Notes under the pieces: model-generated | The model's database searches: none | What the model was told of the DNA's origin: nothing | Seen by the model: only the letters and a program-made list of their open reading frames with translations | Shown here: piece by piece, positions 19,305 to 27,277 of the stretch | How the letters are laid out: every line of letters starts with the position of its first letter | Numbering within the stretch: position 1 is the first letter of the stretch | Assembly: GCA_017515595.1 (NCBI GenBank) | Contig: JAFWFL010000126.1 | Location: 1,121-65,120 of the forward strand | DNA length: 64,000 nt | Direction: 5' to 3' | From: Coriobacteriales bacterium | GTDB lineage: Bacteria > Actinomycetota > Coriobacteriia > Coriobacteriales > UMGS124 | Translations under genes and position numbers: made by a program

Positions 19305-19766
19305 TTATGCAAGCATGAAATCCATGCTCAAGAGGTCGTCATCAAGGGCATTCGCCTTAGCGCGTTCCATAATCTCAAGATGGTCGTTACTACCAATAAT
19401 CGTAACGTCCTTCTCAAGACCGCAGAGCTGACGCAGCCGTGCATCGATGCTGATTCTGCCGGCTGCATCAATATCTGCATCCATGGCATACTTGGACAAA
19501 CGACGCGAGAGGTTTACCTGCTCGGCAGAACGCGAATTCACAATGCCGTTCTCAAAAAAACTCGCATACCACTGAACATAAGCCTCCGGGCTGAATACCC
19601 ACACAGATTGCCCGTCGAGCGAAAGCACGGTTTTAACGGTAGAAGGAAGCGACCTGCGAATCTTCGCCGGCAGGGAAACACGGCCCTTGGGATCAAGCGT
19701 ATGTTCATAGCTTCCCGTGAAAAAAGGCTTTTGCTCTGCCTCGCGGATCTCCGTTGTTTCGCCCAT
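19305..19766 (-). CDS. mraZ: Transcriptional regulator MraZ
   Basis: FTGSYEHTLDPKGRVSLPAKIR and a second SpoVT/AbrB-like half (DAAGRISIDARLR). First gene of the dcw cluster. Confidence 0.95.
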   Translation of the reverse strand: MGETTEIREAEQKPFFTGSYEHTLDPKGRVSLPAKIRRSLPSTVKTVLSLDGQSVWVFSPEAYVQWYASFFENGIVNSRSAEQVNLSRRLSKYAMDADIDAAGRISIDARLRQLCGLEKDVTIIGSNDHLEIMERAKANALDDDLLSMDFMLA

Positions 19767-20026
19767 CCTCCTCCCCTCTCGTACTCGCGGGCTAACTGTG
19801 CGATGATATATTACACCAATTCATGCAATTCTATGCCTAAATTATATTATTTCATTATGTTTTTATGACACTCTATCCCACCTACGCCTAACTGAACAGT
19901 ATCTTTGGCATTCAGAGCCAATACATATACAAGATATTGTGGTTAGTAGGGACATGAGACACAATTTAGCGGATTGTGCCAAGCCAAAAAGCTATTGCAA
20001 AGGTTTTGTGAAGAAAATAAGTACCA

Positions 20027-20992
20027 TCAGATTTTGGCACGGGGGTGGGCCATATAGTATTCTTCGCGAATATGTTCCCTGTCTACATGTGTATAAATTT
20101 GGGTGGTTGCAATGTCAGAATGGCCAAGAATCTCCTGGAGCACACGCAAATCTGCGCCTCCCGAGAGCATATGGGTTGCAAAGGCATGACGCAGAGTATG
20201 CGGATGCAAACCGGCAATACCAACGGCTACGCCTGCCTGCTCTACAATTCTGAACACCGTTTGGCGGGTAATGCGAGCTCCCCTGCTCCCTAAAAAGACA
20301 GCATCCCGGGCTTTTGCGGGGCTGCTCGGCCTTAAAAGCATGGCTCTGCCGAGTGTGAGATATGTTTTGAGAGAGCGCAACGCGCTGCCCACAATAGGTA
20401 CCAAACGTTCTTTGCCACCCTTACCGAGGATGCGCAAAAAGCCCTCGTCAAAAAAACACTGGGATAAATCGAGCTCACAGAGTTCACTCACCCGCAGACC
20501 GCAACCATAGAGTACTTCGAGTACAGCGTGGTCGCGATATCCTTGAGGTGTTGTATCAAAAGGCTGGTCAAGCAAGGCACAAACCTGTTCAATGCTAATA
20601 GCATGAGGGAGTCTGCTTGGTTTTTTGGGAAGTTTAACATCTGCAGTAGGAAGCGCGGGACACATACCCTCAGTGTACAGGAATTTATGAAAGCCTTTCA
20701 AAGCGCTGACCGAGCGTTCAACACTTGAGGCGGCCTTGCCCATACCCGCCAAATAAACCATGTAAGTCTCAACATCCTGGCGCGTTACGTCTGATGCCCG
20801 GGTTATTTGGCATTCTTTCTCAAGCCAAACAATCCAGGCATCTAAATCTCTTCCGTAACTCGCTATAGTGTTTGGCGGAGAGCCTTTCTCGACACGCAAG
20901 AAATCGAGATAGTCTTTAAGCAGATCTTTGAGGTCAGATGATTCTTTTGTCTGTTGCGCTCCCAGACGCGTTTGCCCTCGCTTACCTGCCAA
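20027..20992 (-). CDS. xerD: Tyrosine recombinase, XerC/XerD family
   Basis: YLDFLRVEKGSPPNTIASYGRDL N-terminal SAM-like domain. Catalytic region GLRVSEL ... HPHTLRHAFATHML ... LGHSDIATTQIYTHV. TTG start, 11 nt after AAGGAG. Confidence 0.85.
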   Translation of the reverse strand: MAGKRGQTRLGAQQTKESSDLKDLLKDYLDFLRVEKGSPPNTIASYGRDLDAWIVWLEKECQITRASDVTRQDVETYMVYLAGMGKAASSVERSVSALKGFHKFLYTEGMCPALPTADVKLPKKPSRLPHAISIEQVCALLDQPFDTTPQGYRDHAVLEVLYGCGLRVSELCELDLSQCFFDEGFLRILGKGGKERLVPIVGSALRSLKTYLTLGRAMLLRPSSPAKARDAVFLGSRGARITRQTVFRIVEQAGVAVGIAGLHPHTLRHAFATHMLSGGADLRVLQEILGHSDIATTQIYTHVDREHIREEYYMAHPRAKI

Positions 20993-21013
20993 CTGGTACC
21001 AGGCTCCTTACCC

Positions 21014-22624
21014 TCACTGGGCAGCTTTCTCACATGCTGCAGCCACAAAATCCCTGAACAAAGGATGCGGACGGGTGGGGCGGCTCTTAAACTCGGGATG
21101 GAACTGGCAGGCCACAAACCACGGATGCACATCCTGTGGTAACTCTATCATTTCTACGAGCTGTTTATTGGGAGAAAGCCCGCTCATCACTAAACCAGCT
21201 TGCTCAAGATCCTCCCTGAACACATTGTTAACTTCAAAGCGATGCCTGTGACGTTCCTGAATTTGCTCCTGCTGATATGCTTTGGCTGCCAGGGTGTGAG
21301 GTACCAAATCACAAGGATAGGCGCCAAGGCGCATGGTGCCGCCCATATCAACCACTCCGGTTTGGTCAGGCATAAGATCGATAACGGCATGCGCGCAGGT
21401 CTCGTCAAACTCGGCGGAATTTGCATCATGCCAGCCCACCACATTGCGGGCAAACTCACAAACCGCAACCTGCAAGCCCAAACATATGCCAAAATACGGA
21501 ATCTTATGTACGCGCGCATAATTTGCCGCAGCTATTTTGCCTTCAAAGCCCCGTACGCCAAAACCACCGGGCACAAGAATGCCGTCGGCTTCTTGGAGGG
21601 CCTCAGCTACATTGGTCTCATCAAGTTTACTGCCGTCGATAAGCTCGATATCAACATTGGTGCCGCGTGCAACACCGGCATGATGCAGGGCCTCAATGAT
21701 TGAGAGGTAGGCATCAGGCAGCTGGATGTATTTGCCCACGATTTTTATTTTCACATTGCCTGCCAGCTTTGACTTTGCTTCGAGGAAACTGTTCCAGCTG
21801 CTCATGTCGCTTGTACGGGGGTCGAGACCCAGAATTTCGCACACCTTGAGGTCCAAACCCTGCTGCGACAGCAAAATGGGTACATCATAAATTGACGGGC
21901 AATCGGTATTAACAAATACAGCATCCTCATCTACATCGCAAAAGAGCGCAATCTTTCTGAGAAGGCCTTGGTCAACTTCATGGTCAGCGCGACACACAAT
22001 AATATCAGGCGATACACCCAGACTTCTGAGCTCTTTTACCGAGTGCTGAGTGGGCTTGGTCTTAACTTCATGAGAAGCGGCGATATAGGGCAAAAGTGAC
22101 ACATGAATATAACAAACGTTCGCGCTGCCTACATCCTTTTTGAACTGGCGAATGGCCTCAATAAACGGCTGAGACTCAATATCGCCAATGGTGCCGCCAA
22201 TCTCGGTAATAATAATATCTGCCTGAGATTTTTGGGCCAGCCTGTGCATTCGGGTTTTAATCTCATCTGTTACATGAGGAATCACCTGTACCGTTCCGCC
22301 CAAAAAGTCACCGTGGCGTTCGCGGTTAATAAGCGTCTGGTACACAGAGCCCTGCGTTACATTTGAATCGCGCGAGAGGTTCTCATTAATAAAGCGCTCA
22401 TAGTGGCCCAAGTCAAGGTCGCTCTCATAACCGTCCTCAGTAACAAATACCTCGCCATGCTGGAATGGACTCATAGTCCCGGGGTCAACATTAAGGTACG
22501 GATCCATTTTTTGCATGGTCACCTTATAACCGCGGGACTTAAGAAGTCTGCCCAATGAGGCCGCGGTAATGCCCTTACCTAATGAACTAACTACACCGCC
22601 GGTCACAAATATATGTTTTGTCAT
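21014..22624 (-). CDS. pyrG: CTP synthase
   Basis: MTKHIFVTGGVVSSLGKGI N-terminus and the glutamine amidotransferase nucleophile GICLGLQ. Confidence 0.97.
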   Translation of the reverse strand: MTKHIFVTGGVVSSLGKGITAASLGRLLKSRGYKVTMQKMDPYLNVDPGTMSPFQHGEVFVTEDGYESDLDLGHYERFINENLSRDSNVTQGSVYQTLINRERHGDFLGGTVQVIPHVTDEIKTRMHRLAQKSQADIIITEIGGTIGDIESQPFIEAIRQFKKDVGSANVCYIHVSLLPYIAASHEVKTKPTQHSVKELRSLGVSPDIIVCRADHEVDQGLLRKIALFCDVDEDAVFVNTDCPSIYDVPILLSQQGLDLKVCEILGLDPRTSDMSSWNSFLEAKSKLAGNVKIKIVGKYIQLPDAYLSIIEALHHAGVARGTNVDIELIDGSKLDETNVAEALQEADGILVPGGFGVRGFEGKIAAANYARVHKIPYFGICLGLQVAVCEFARNVVGWHDANSAEFDETCAHAVIDLMPDQTGVVDMGGTMRLGAYPCDLVPHTLAAKAYQQEQIQERHRHRFEVNNVFREDLEQAGLVMSGLSPNKQLVEMIELPQDVHPWFVACQFHPEFKSRPTRPHPLFRDFVAAACEKAAQ

Positions 22625-22720
22625 AATGAATCCCGTCCTTCCTGGCAGCTCCTTTTGCGCAAACCATTAAAATACGGGAGCTTATTGTATAACGCTCTGA
22701 CATCTGTATACGGCACAAAC

Positions 22721-22755
22721 GTGAATGTGTAACGAAAGCTTTCGAAATGGTTCAC
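22721..22755. promoter_or_regulatory. Composite palindrome in the pyrG-queF divergent intergenic region
   Basis: A perfect 12-bp palindrome CGAAAGCTTTCG (22733-22744) is flanked by GTGAA (22721-22725) and TTCAC (22751-22755). Confidence 0.3.
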
Positions 22756-22864
22756 ACGGATTTAATGTATGGCGTATGAAACAGCAATCAAGAACCAACC
22801 AAAAGCCAAAGCATAGTATGATAATCACGCAAGTAATTTATAGAAACACCAAAGGGGTTGTTGT

Positions 22865-23371
22865 ATGGTTAACGATGATACGCGTAATGCCGGACAAGAA
22901 GGCCTTACGCTTTTGGGCAACAGAGGAACACGCTATACGCGAGATTACGATCCCTCACTTCTCGAAACATTTGAAAACAAGCATCAGGACCGTGACTATA
23001 TGGTTACCTTCAGGTGCCCTGAATTCACCACGTTATGTCCCATTACAGGACAGCCTGATTTCGCAACAATCTATATTAACTATATCCCCAACATTCGCAT
23101 GGTCGAGAGTAAATCGCTCAAGCTCTATCTCTTTAGCTTCCGTGAGCACGGAGACTTTCATGAGGACGTGTGCAACATCATCCTTAATGACCTCGTAAAA
23201 CTCATGGAACCGCGCTACATAGAGGTACGCGGCATGTTTTACCCACGCGGAGGCATCTCTATCTATCCATTCGTTAACTGGGCAAACCCTGACTTTGGTT
23301 ACAAGCAGCTCGCTCAAGACCGTATGTTCTCCCAGCTCTCCGACCTCGACCGAGGCGATGGAGCGCGATAA
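22865..23371 (+). CDS. queF: NADPH-dependent 7-cyano-7-deazaguanine (preQ0) reductase
   Basis: Type I QueF motifs: [22 protein letters not shown] (catalytic Cys) and [19 protein letters not shown] 8 nt after AAAGGGG. Confidence 0.9.
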   Translation: MVNDDTRNAGQEGLTLLGNRGTRYTRDYDPSLLETFENKHQDRDYMVTFRCPEFTTLCPITGQPDFATIYINYIPNIRMVESKSLKLYLFSFREHGDFHEDVCNIILNDLVKLMEPRYIEVRGMFYPRGGISIYPFVNWANPDFGYKQLAQDRMFSQLSDLDRGDGAR

Positions 23372-26300
23372 TTACATAAGGTAGCCCGAGGTTTTGTGGA
23401 AGTGATATGTTACTCCGTCTATTACTTGGGTGCCGGTGGCCATTTTACCGCTTGAGAAACAATAGTATGTCTTGCCCTTATAGGTGAGCCAGCCGGTATG
23501 CATTTTGCCATCTGTGTTAAAGTAGTACCAGATATCGTCAATTTTTTGCCAGCCGGTCATTCTTGCTCCGCCGCTGGGGTTGAGGTAATACCAGTAACCA
23601 TCGATCTTTTGCCATTTGGTGAGCATTTTACCGCTTGACGCACAGTAATAATACTTACCACTCAGCTTGATCCAACCGGTTTGCATTTTGCCGTTGGTAC
23701 CAAGGTAATACCGGGCACCATCAATTGTTTGCCAACCGGTCATCATGCGTCCACCGCTCGGATTCAGATAATACCAGCTGTTACTGATCTTTTGCCAACC
23801 GGTAAGCATCTTACCGGTTGACGCGCAGTAATACCACTTATCATTCCATTTAATCCAGCCGGTTTGCATTTTGCCGTCAGTACCCAGGTAATAATATGTA
23901 CCGCTTATCTTTTTCCAATCGGTCTGCATGATGCCTGCCGTGCTAAAGTAATACCACGATCCGCTGAGTTTTTTCCACCCGACGGTCACCTTGCCGGTGC
24001 TGTCGTAGTAATAACGCTCTCCGCTTGCTCCGGTTTGCCAGCCGGTAAGAATAAGCTTTGTTGATCCGGTATACGCAACACGGGTATCGGCCGAGGTTAC
24101 TTTGCAGCGGAAGTAGAGATCCGAAGATGCGTTCTTAAAGGTAAGGGTTTCTGTTTTGGCACCGGTGAGCTTTGACGCCGTCCAGGTCTTTTTATCTGTT
24201 GATTGCTGCCATTGATATGAGAGGGCTGCTCCGTCGGCACCTGTGGCAGTAACTGTCGCATAGGCGGTAGCACCGGCAGCTGCTTTTGCGGTACTTGTTA
24301 TACTTGCCTTGAGTACTGTACTCTTGGGAACAATGGTAAAGTTAAGTGTTTTGACACCCGTATAGTTTTGCCCCTGAGCGGTAACGACAACAGAAGCTGT
24401 ACCTACCTTAACATTATTGGAGAAACCGGTGTTTTCTACCGAATAATCTGTGCCCTCCAAAAGCTGTATCCCATTGCAGCTCAGCACAAACGCGCTTTTA
24501 TCAAGTGTAATTGCTTGGCCTGTCCATGTTTGATCCGGGATTGTAGCAGCGGTTGCCTCGGCAATATTGACCTGCAAAATACCAAACGGCTGACGTACGG
24601 TATCGGTATAGTTGCCTGTTCCGGTAATAACCACAAAAGCCGTGCCTGCATTGATATTATCTTCATAGCTCACAGTATAATCCTGTGTTTCGGTAAGGGT
24701 TTGGCCATTGAGCTCAACCGACAGTACCTGTGGTGTATAAGCAGAACCGCTGTAAATAAAGGTATCCTGGTCGAGAAGAACGGCCGCATTGGTAATTGGC
24801 GCTTCGATTATGGCAAAGGTACCGTTTGCGGTTGAGGTAAAATTATCAATTCCTTCAACGGTAAACTGAGCGTTACCCACCTCAGTATTTTCTAAATAGG
24901 TAACCGAGTAGTCAGTAACCGGTGTCAGCTCGTGCTCATCCAACACAACCATAACAGCCGGCTCAAGGGCTTCTCCGGTATATGTCTGGTCCTCAACCTG
25001 TAAAACCGCATTTTCGAGTGACAATGGCATAATCTCGAATGTTTGTGAGACAGTTCCTTCATATAAACCTATGCCGGTAGCCGTAACGGTAGCTTGTCCC
25101 GCATCAGTGTTATTATCAAAAGACAGTGTATAGTCGAGATCTTCATACAATGCAATGTCATCATATGTAACGTTTACCTGAGGTGTTACCGGTTGCCAGA
25201 AGTCAAAATACTGATCCTCGACCTCAATCACAGCAGTATCGGTAATATCAATACGAGCAGCGGGTGGTGAATAAAGCCCTGTTCCCATTGGGTAAATTGC
25301 ATAGAAAAACTCGGAGTCATAATCAGTGGTATACCCGTCGCTCGTATTCCCGCGCGTATGGCGCGGGAAGTTTTCGTCACCAACAAGGAAGTATTGGTAA
25401 TCCGTTCCGGCCCGGTAGTAAGAAGTGTCCCATGTTGCATCAGCGTTATACCAGAACCCGTCATCCATTTGAATTATGTTCCAGCCATGGGCTACAGACC
25501 CGCCCAAGCCGGCAATCATTCTTACCCCAACACCCGATTTACCGAGCATAAGGTATAAAAGCAGGGCGTAACCTTCGCATACGGCAGAACCGTTAATGAG
25601 GGCGGCGTAAGCTGTATAGTCAATAGACTGAGAAGTATCACCGTAAGACACATGGCCGCAGATATAATCATAAATTGCACGGGCTTTATCATAGTGAGCA
25701 GTCATTCCGGCAACACCAAGCTCTGCGAGCACAATATCAACCTGCTCCATGACCAGGGCTTCTTGCTCAGCTGTTGTATTATAGGTCAGAGTATACGTCA
25801 ATGTATAATTACCCTCGGCATCTCTTCTGATCTGGCAATTATAGGTATTCCATGCCCAGCGAATATAGTCACCGTGAGTGGGATTTCCGTCTTCCTCGAA
25901 TGCTGCAAAGAGCAACTCGGTAACGTAAGCATTGTAGTTACCATCCGGAATCGCTATTTTGATCGTTATAGTACCGTTGCGAGCGGCAAGGTTTTCCCTG
26001 ATTGTCTCGACGGCCTCGTCATATGACATAGTCTGCAAACCGTCTGCCCGCACCCTGACATTTCTAAAGCTGCCGGCATCGGTCACATAAGGCTCTATAG
26101 CAATATCACCGCTAAAACGGTTTGATCCCGTAACGGTAGCAATAATCGTTTCTTCAACAAACCCTTCAACAGATTCTTGAACAACTTCTTCGGTGATTTC
26201 CAGAACAGTTTCTTCAGAAATTTCTTTGACATCTGTTATGTCTGTTTTTGGGGGTTCTTTGGGATCAACAGCCTGGAAAGATTCTTCGTCGGCAGGCAAA

Positions 26301-27178
26301 GGCTCCAAAGAAGCCTCGGGGTCGGTTTCTTTCTCACTCTCTGTGACTGTTGCGGTATTTATCTCTTCGACAGCAATTTCTTGTGAAAGCTCGTTCAGCT
26401 CGCTTGGCTCCTCTTGAGAAGTCGGTTCACCCCAAGGATCCTCCAGCTCTTGTGACACGGGTTCCTGTGATTCCGATTCTTGCAGCTCGGATTCATTTGA
26501 TTGAAGCTCTTGTGTCTCAGGCTCACTTAGTTCAAGTTCCTGTGTCTCAAGCTCATTTGGTTCAAGTTCCTGAGACTCAGACTCTGATGGCTCTTCCGGA
26601 GAAGCCTCCTGATTCTCATGTGCTATCTGGACTTCCTCATCAGACTGGATAACTTCCGGTTCATTGCCAAGAGGGGTTTCTTCTTCAATAGCAGAATCAG
26701 ACTCTATGCTATCAGCATCTTCAATATTGGACTGGTTGTCATCCTGAACAGTCATCTTCTCTTCAAGTTCATCACCTGAGAAAAAACGATCACTTTCAGG
26801 ATCTTGCGGATCGAGATCATTTGGTTCGGATTCATCTAAAGCAACGTCTTCATCCTCATTCGTAGCCAACGGAGGTATCTCGTTATTCTCCGGTTCTTCT
26901 GTTACAACCGGAGTTACTGCATCATCTTCGGGCTCTTCTGTCGCTGTTGGAGCTGTTGCTTCTTCTTGGGCTACAAGCTCTTCCGCATACACATCTGTAT
27001 CGGTTATATCAGATATTAAATTATCTTGCACTTCCCACAATTCCGGCTGCTCATCTATATAACCAGGTACTGAGCCTTCGAACTCCTGATCGAGCGCATC
27101 AGCAAACCCATATGCAGGTACCATAGAACTCACCAATGCTGCCGAGAAAATCACAGCCATCAATTGTTTAAAACGCAT
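23372..27178 (-). CDS. Large surface protein: signal peptide, acidic low-complexity region, transglutaminase-like core, repeated Ig-like/MBG-type domains, 11 choline-binding repeats
   Basis: Signal peptide MRFKQLMAVIFSAALVSSMVPAYGFA (ATG 27178, 9 nt after AAGGGAGAG; the track ORF runs to 27265). Cys-His-Asp core AVCEGYA / HGWN / DATWD. Five repeats of the YTG..L.P....DYTVSY..N...G.A type. C-terminal GW..(I/L)...WYY....G.M.TGW repeats. Confidence 0.9.
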   Translation of the reverse strand: MRFKQLMAVIFSAALVSSMVPAYGFADALDQEFEGSVPGYIDEQPELWEVQDNLISDITDTDVYAEELVAQEEATAPTATEEPEDDAVTPVVTEEPENNEIPPLATNEDEDVALDESEPNDLDPQDPESDRFFSGDELEEKMTVQDDNQSNIEDADSIESDSAIEEETPLGNEPEVIQSDEEVQIAHENQEASPEEPSESESQELEPNELETQELELSEPETQELQSNESELQESESQEPVSQELEDPWGEPTSQEEPSELNELSQEIAVEEINTATVTESEKETDPEASLEPLPADEESFQAVDPKEPPKTDITDVKEISEETVLEITEEVVQESVEGFVEETIIATVTGSNRFSGDIAIEPYVTDAGSFRNVRVRADGLQTMSYDEAVETIRENLAARNGTITIKIAIPDGNYNAYVTELLFAAFEEDGNPTHGDYIRWAWNTYNCQIRRDAEGNYTLTYTLTYNTTAEQEALVMEQVDIVLAELGVAGMTAHYDKARAIYDYICGHVSYGDTSQSIDYTAYAALINGSAVCEGYALLLYLMLGKSGVGVRMIAGLGGSVAHGWNIIQMDDGFWYNADATWDTSYYRAGTDYQYFLVGDENFPRHTRGNTSDGYTTDYDSEFFYAIYPMGTGLYSPPAARIDITDTAVIEVEDQYFDFWQPVTPQVNVTYDDIALYEDLDYTLSFDNNTDAGQATVTATGIGLYEGTVSQTFEIMPLSLENAVLQVEDQTYTGEALEPAVMVVLDEHELTPVTDYSVTYLENTEVGNAQFTVEGIDNFTSTANGTFAIIEAPITNAAVLLDQDTFIYSGSAYTPQVLSVELNGQTLTETQDYTVSYEDNINAGTAFVVITGTGNYTDTVRQPFGILQVNIAEATAATIPDQTWTGQAITLDKSAFVLSCNGIQLLEGTDYSVENTGFSNNVKVGTASVVVTAQGQNYTGVKTLNFTIVPKSTVLKASITSTAKAAAGATAYATVTATGADGAALSYQWQQSTDKKTWTASKLTGAKTETLTFKNASSDLYFRCKVTSADTRVAYTGSTKLILTGWQTGASGERYYYDSTGKVTVGWKKLSGSWYYFSTAGIMQTDWKKISGTYYYLGTDGKMQTGWIKWNDKWYYCASTGKMLTGWQKISNSWYYLNPSGGRMMTGWQTIDGARYYLGTNGKMQTGWIKLSGKYYYCASSGKMLTKWQKIDGYWYYLNPSGGARMTGWQKIDDIWYYFNTDGKMHTGWLTYKGKTYYCFSSGKMATGTQVIDGVTYHFHKTSGYLM
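23375..24046 (-). repeat. Tandem ~60-bp coding repeats (11 choline-binding / CW_binding_1 units)
   Basis: 20-21 aa periodicity read from the translation: GWKKLSGSWYYFSTAGIMQT, DWKKISGTYYYLGTDGKMQT, and so on. Confidence 0.9.
26491..26580 (-). repeat. Three in-frame 30-bp tandem repeats inside the acidic region
   Basis: gctcacttagttcaagttcctgtgtctcaa (26521-26550) and gctcatttggttcaagttcctgagactcag (26551-26580) are near-identical. 26491-26520 is a more diverged third copy. They encode the E/Q/L/S-rich 10-aa period (..ETQELELSEPETQELQSNE..). Confidence 0.8.
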
Positions 27179-27277
27179 GAATAAAAACTCTCCCTTTACT
27201 GCATTCTTCTCAATCAATACATAGCAGGAATGATCCTTCTGTCTCGAAGGATCATTCCTGCTCAATGCTTAATAATC

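Noticed and set aside
19107-19868. 253-aa plus-strand ORF spanning mraZ and the rsmH start
   Set aside because: It is antisense to two unambiguous conserved genes, and it has no SD and no family resemblance.
19868-19882. Possible MraZ boxes (GTGGG-N5-GTGTC on the minus strand) upstream of mraZ
   Set aside because: Only two imperfect units with 10-bp spacing are present, with no third repeat. This is too weak to annotate.
22790-22864. Possible preQ1 riboswitch in front of queF
   Set aside because: I could not find a 5-bp P1 stem followed by the A-rich tail/pseudoknot pattern of preQ1-I. Only weak A/U pairings are possible. A covariance-model scan is needed to be sure.
23375-24046. Regular ~60-bp repeats that could superficially suggest a CRISPR-like array (also at 27281-27886 and 41244-41969)
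   Set aside because: The repeats are in frame inside long ORFs and diverged throughout, with no conserved-repeat / unique-spacer alternation. They encode the GW..WYY choline-binding unit. No cas genes are present.
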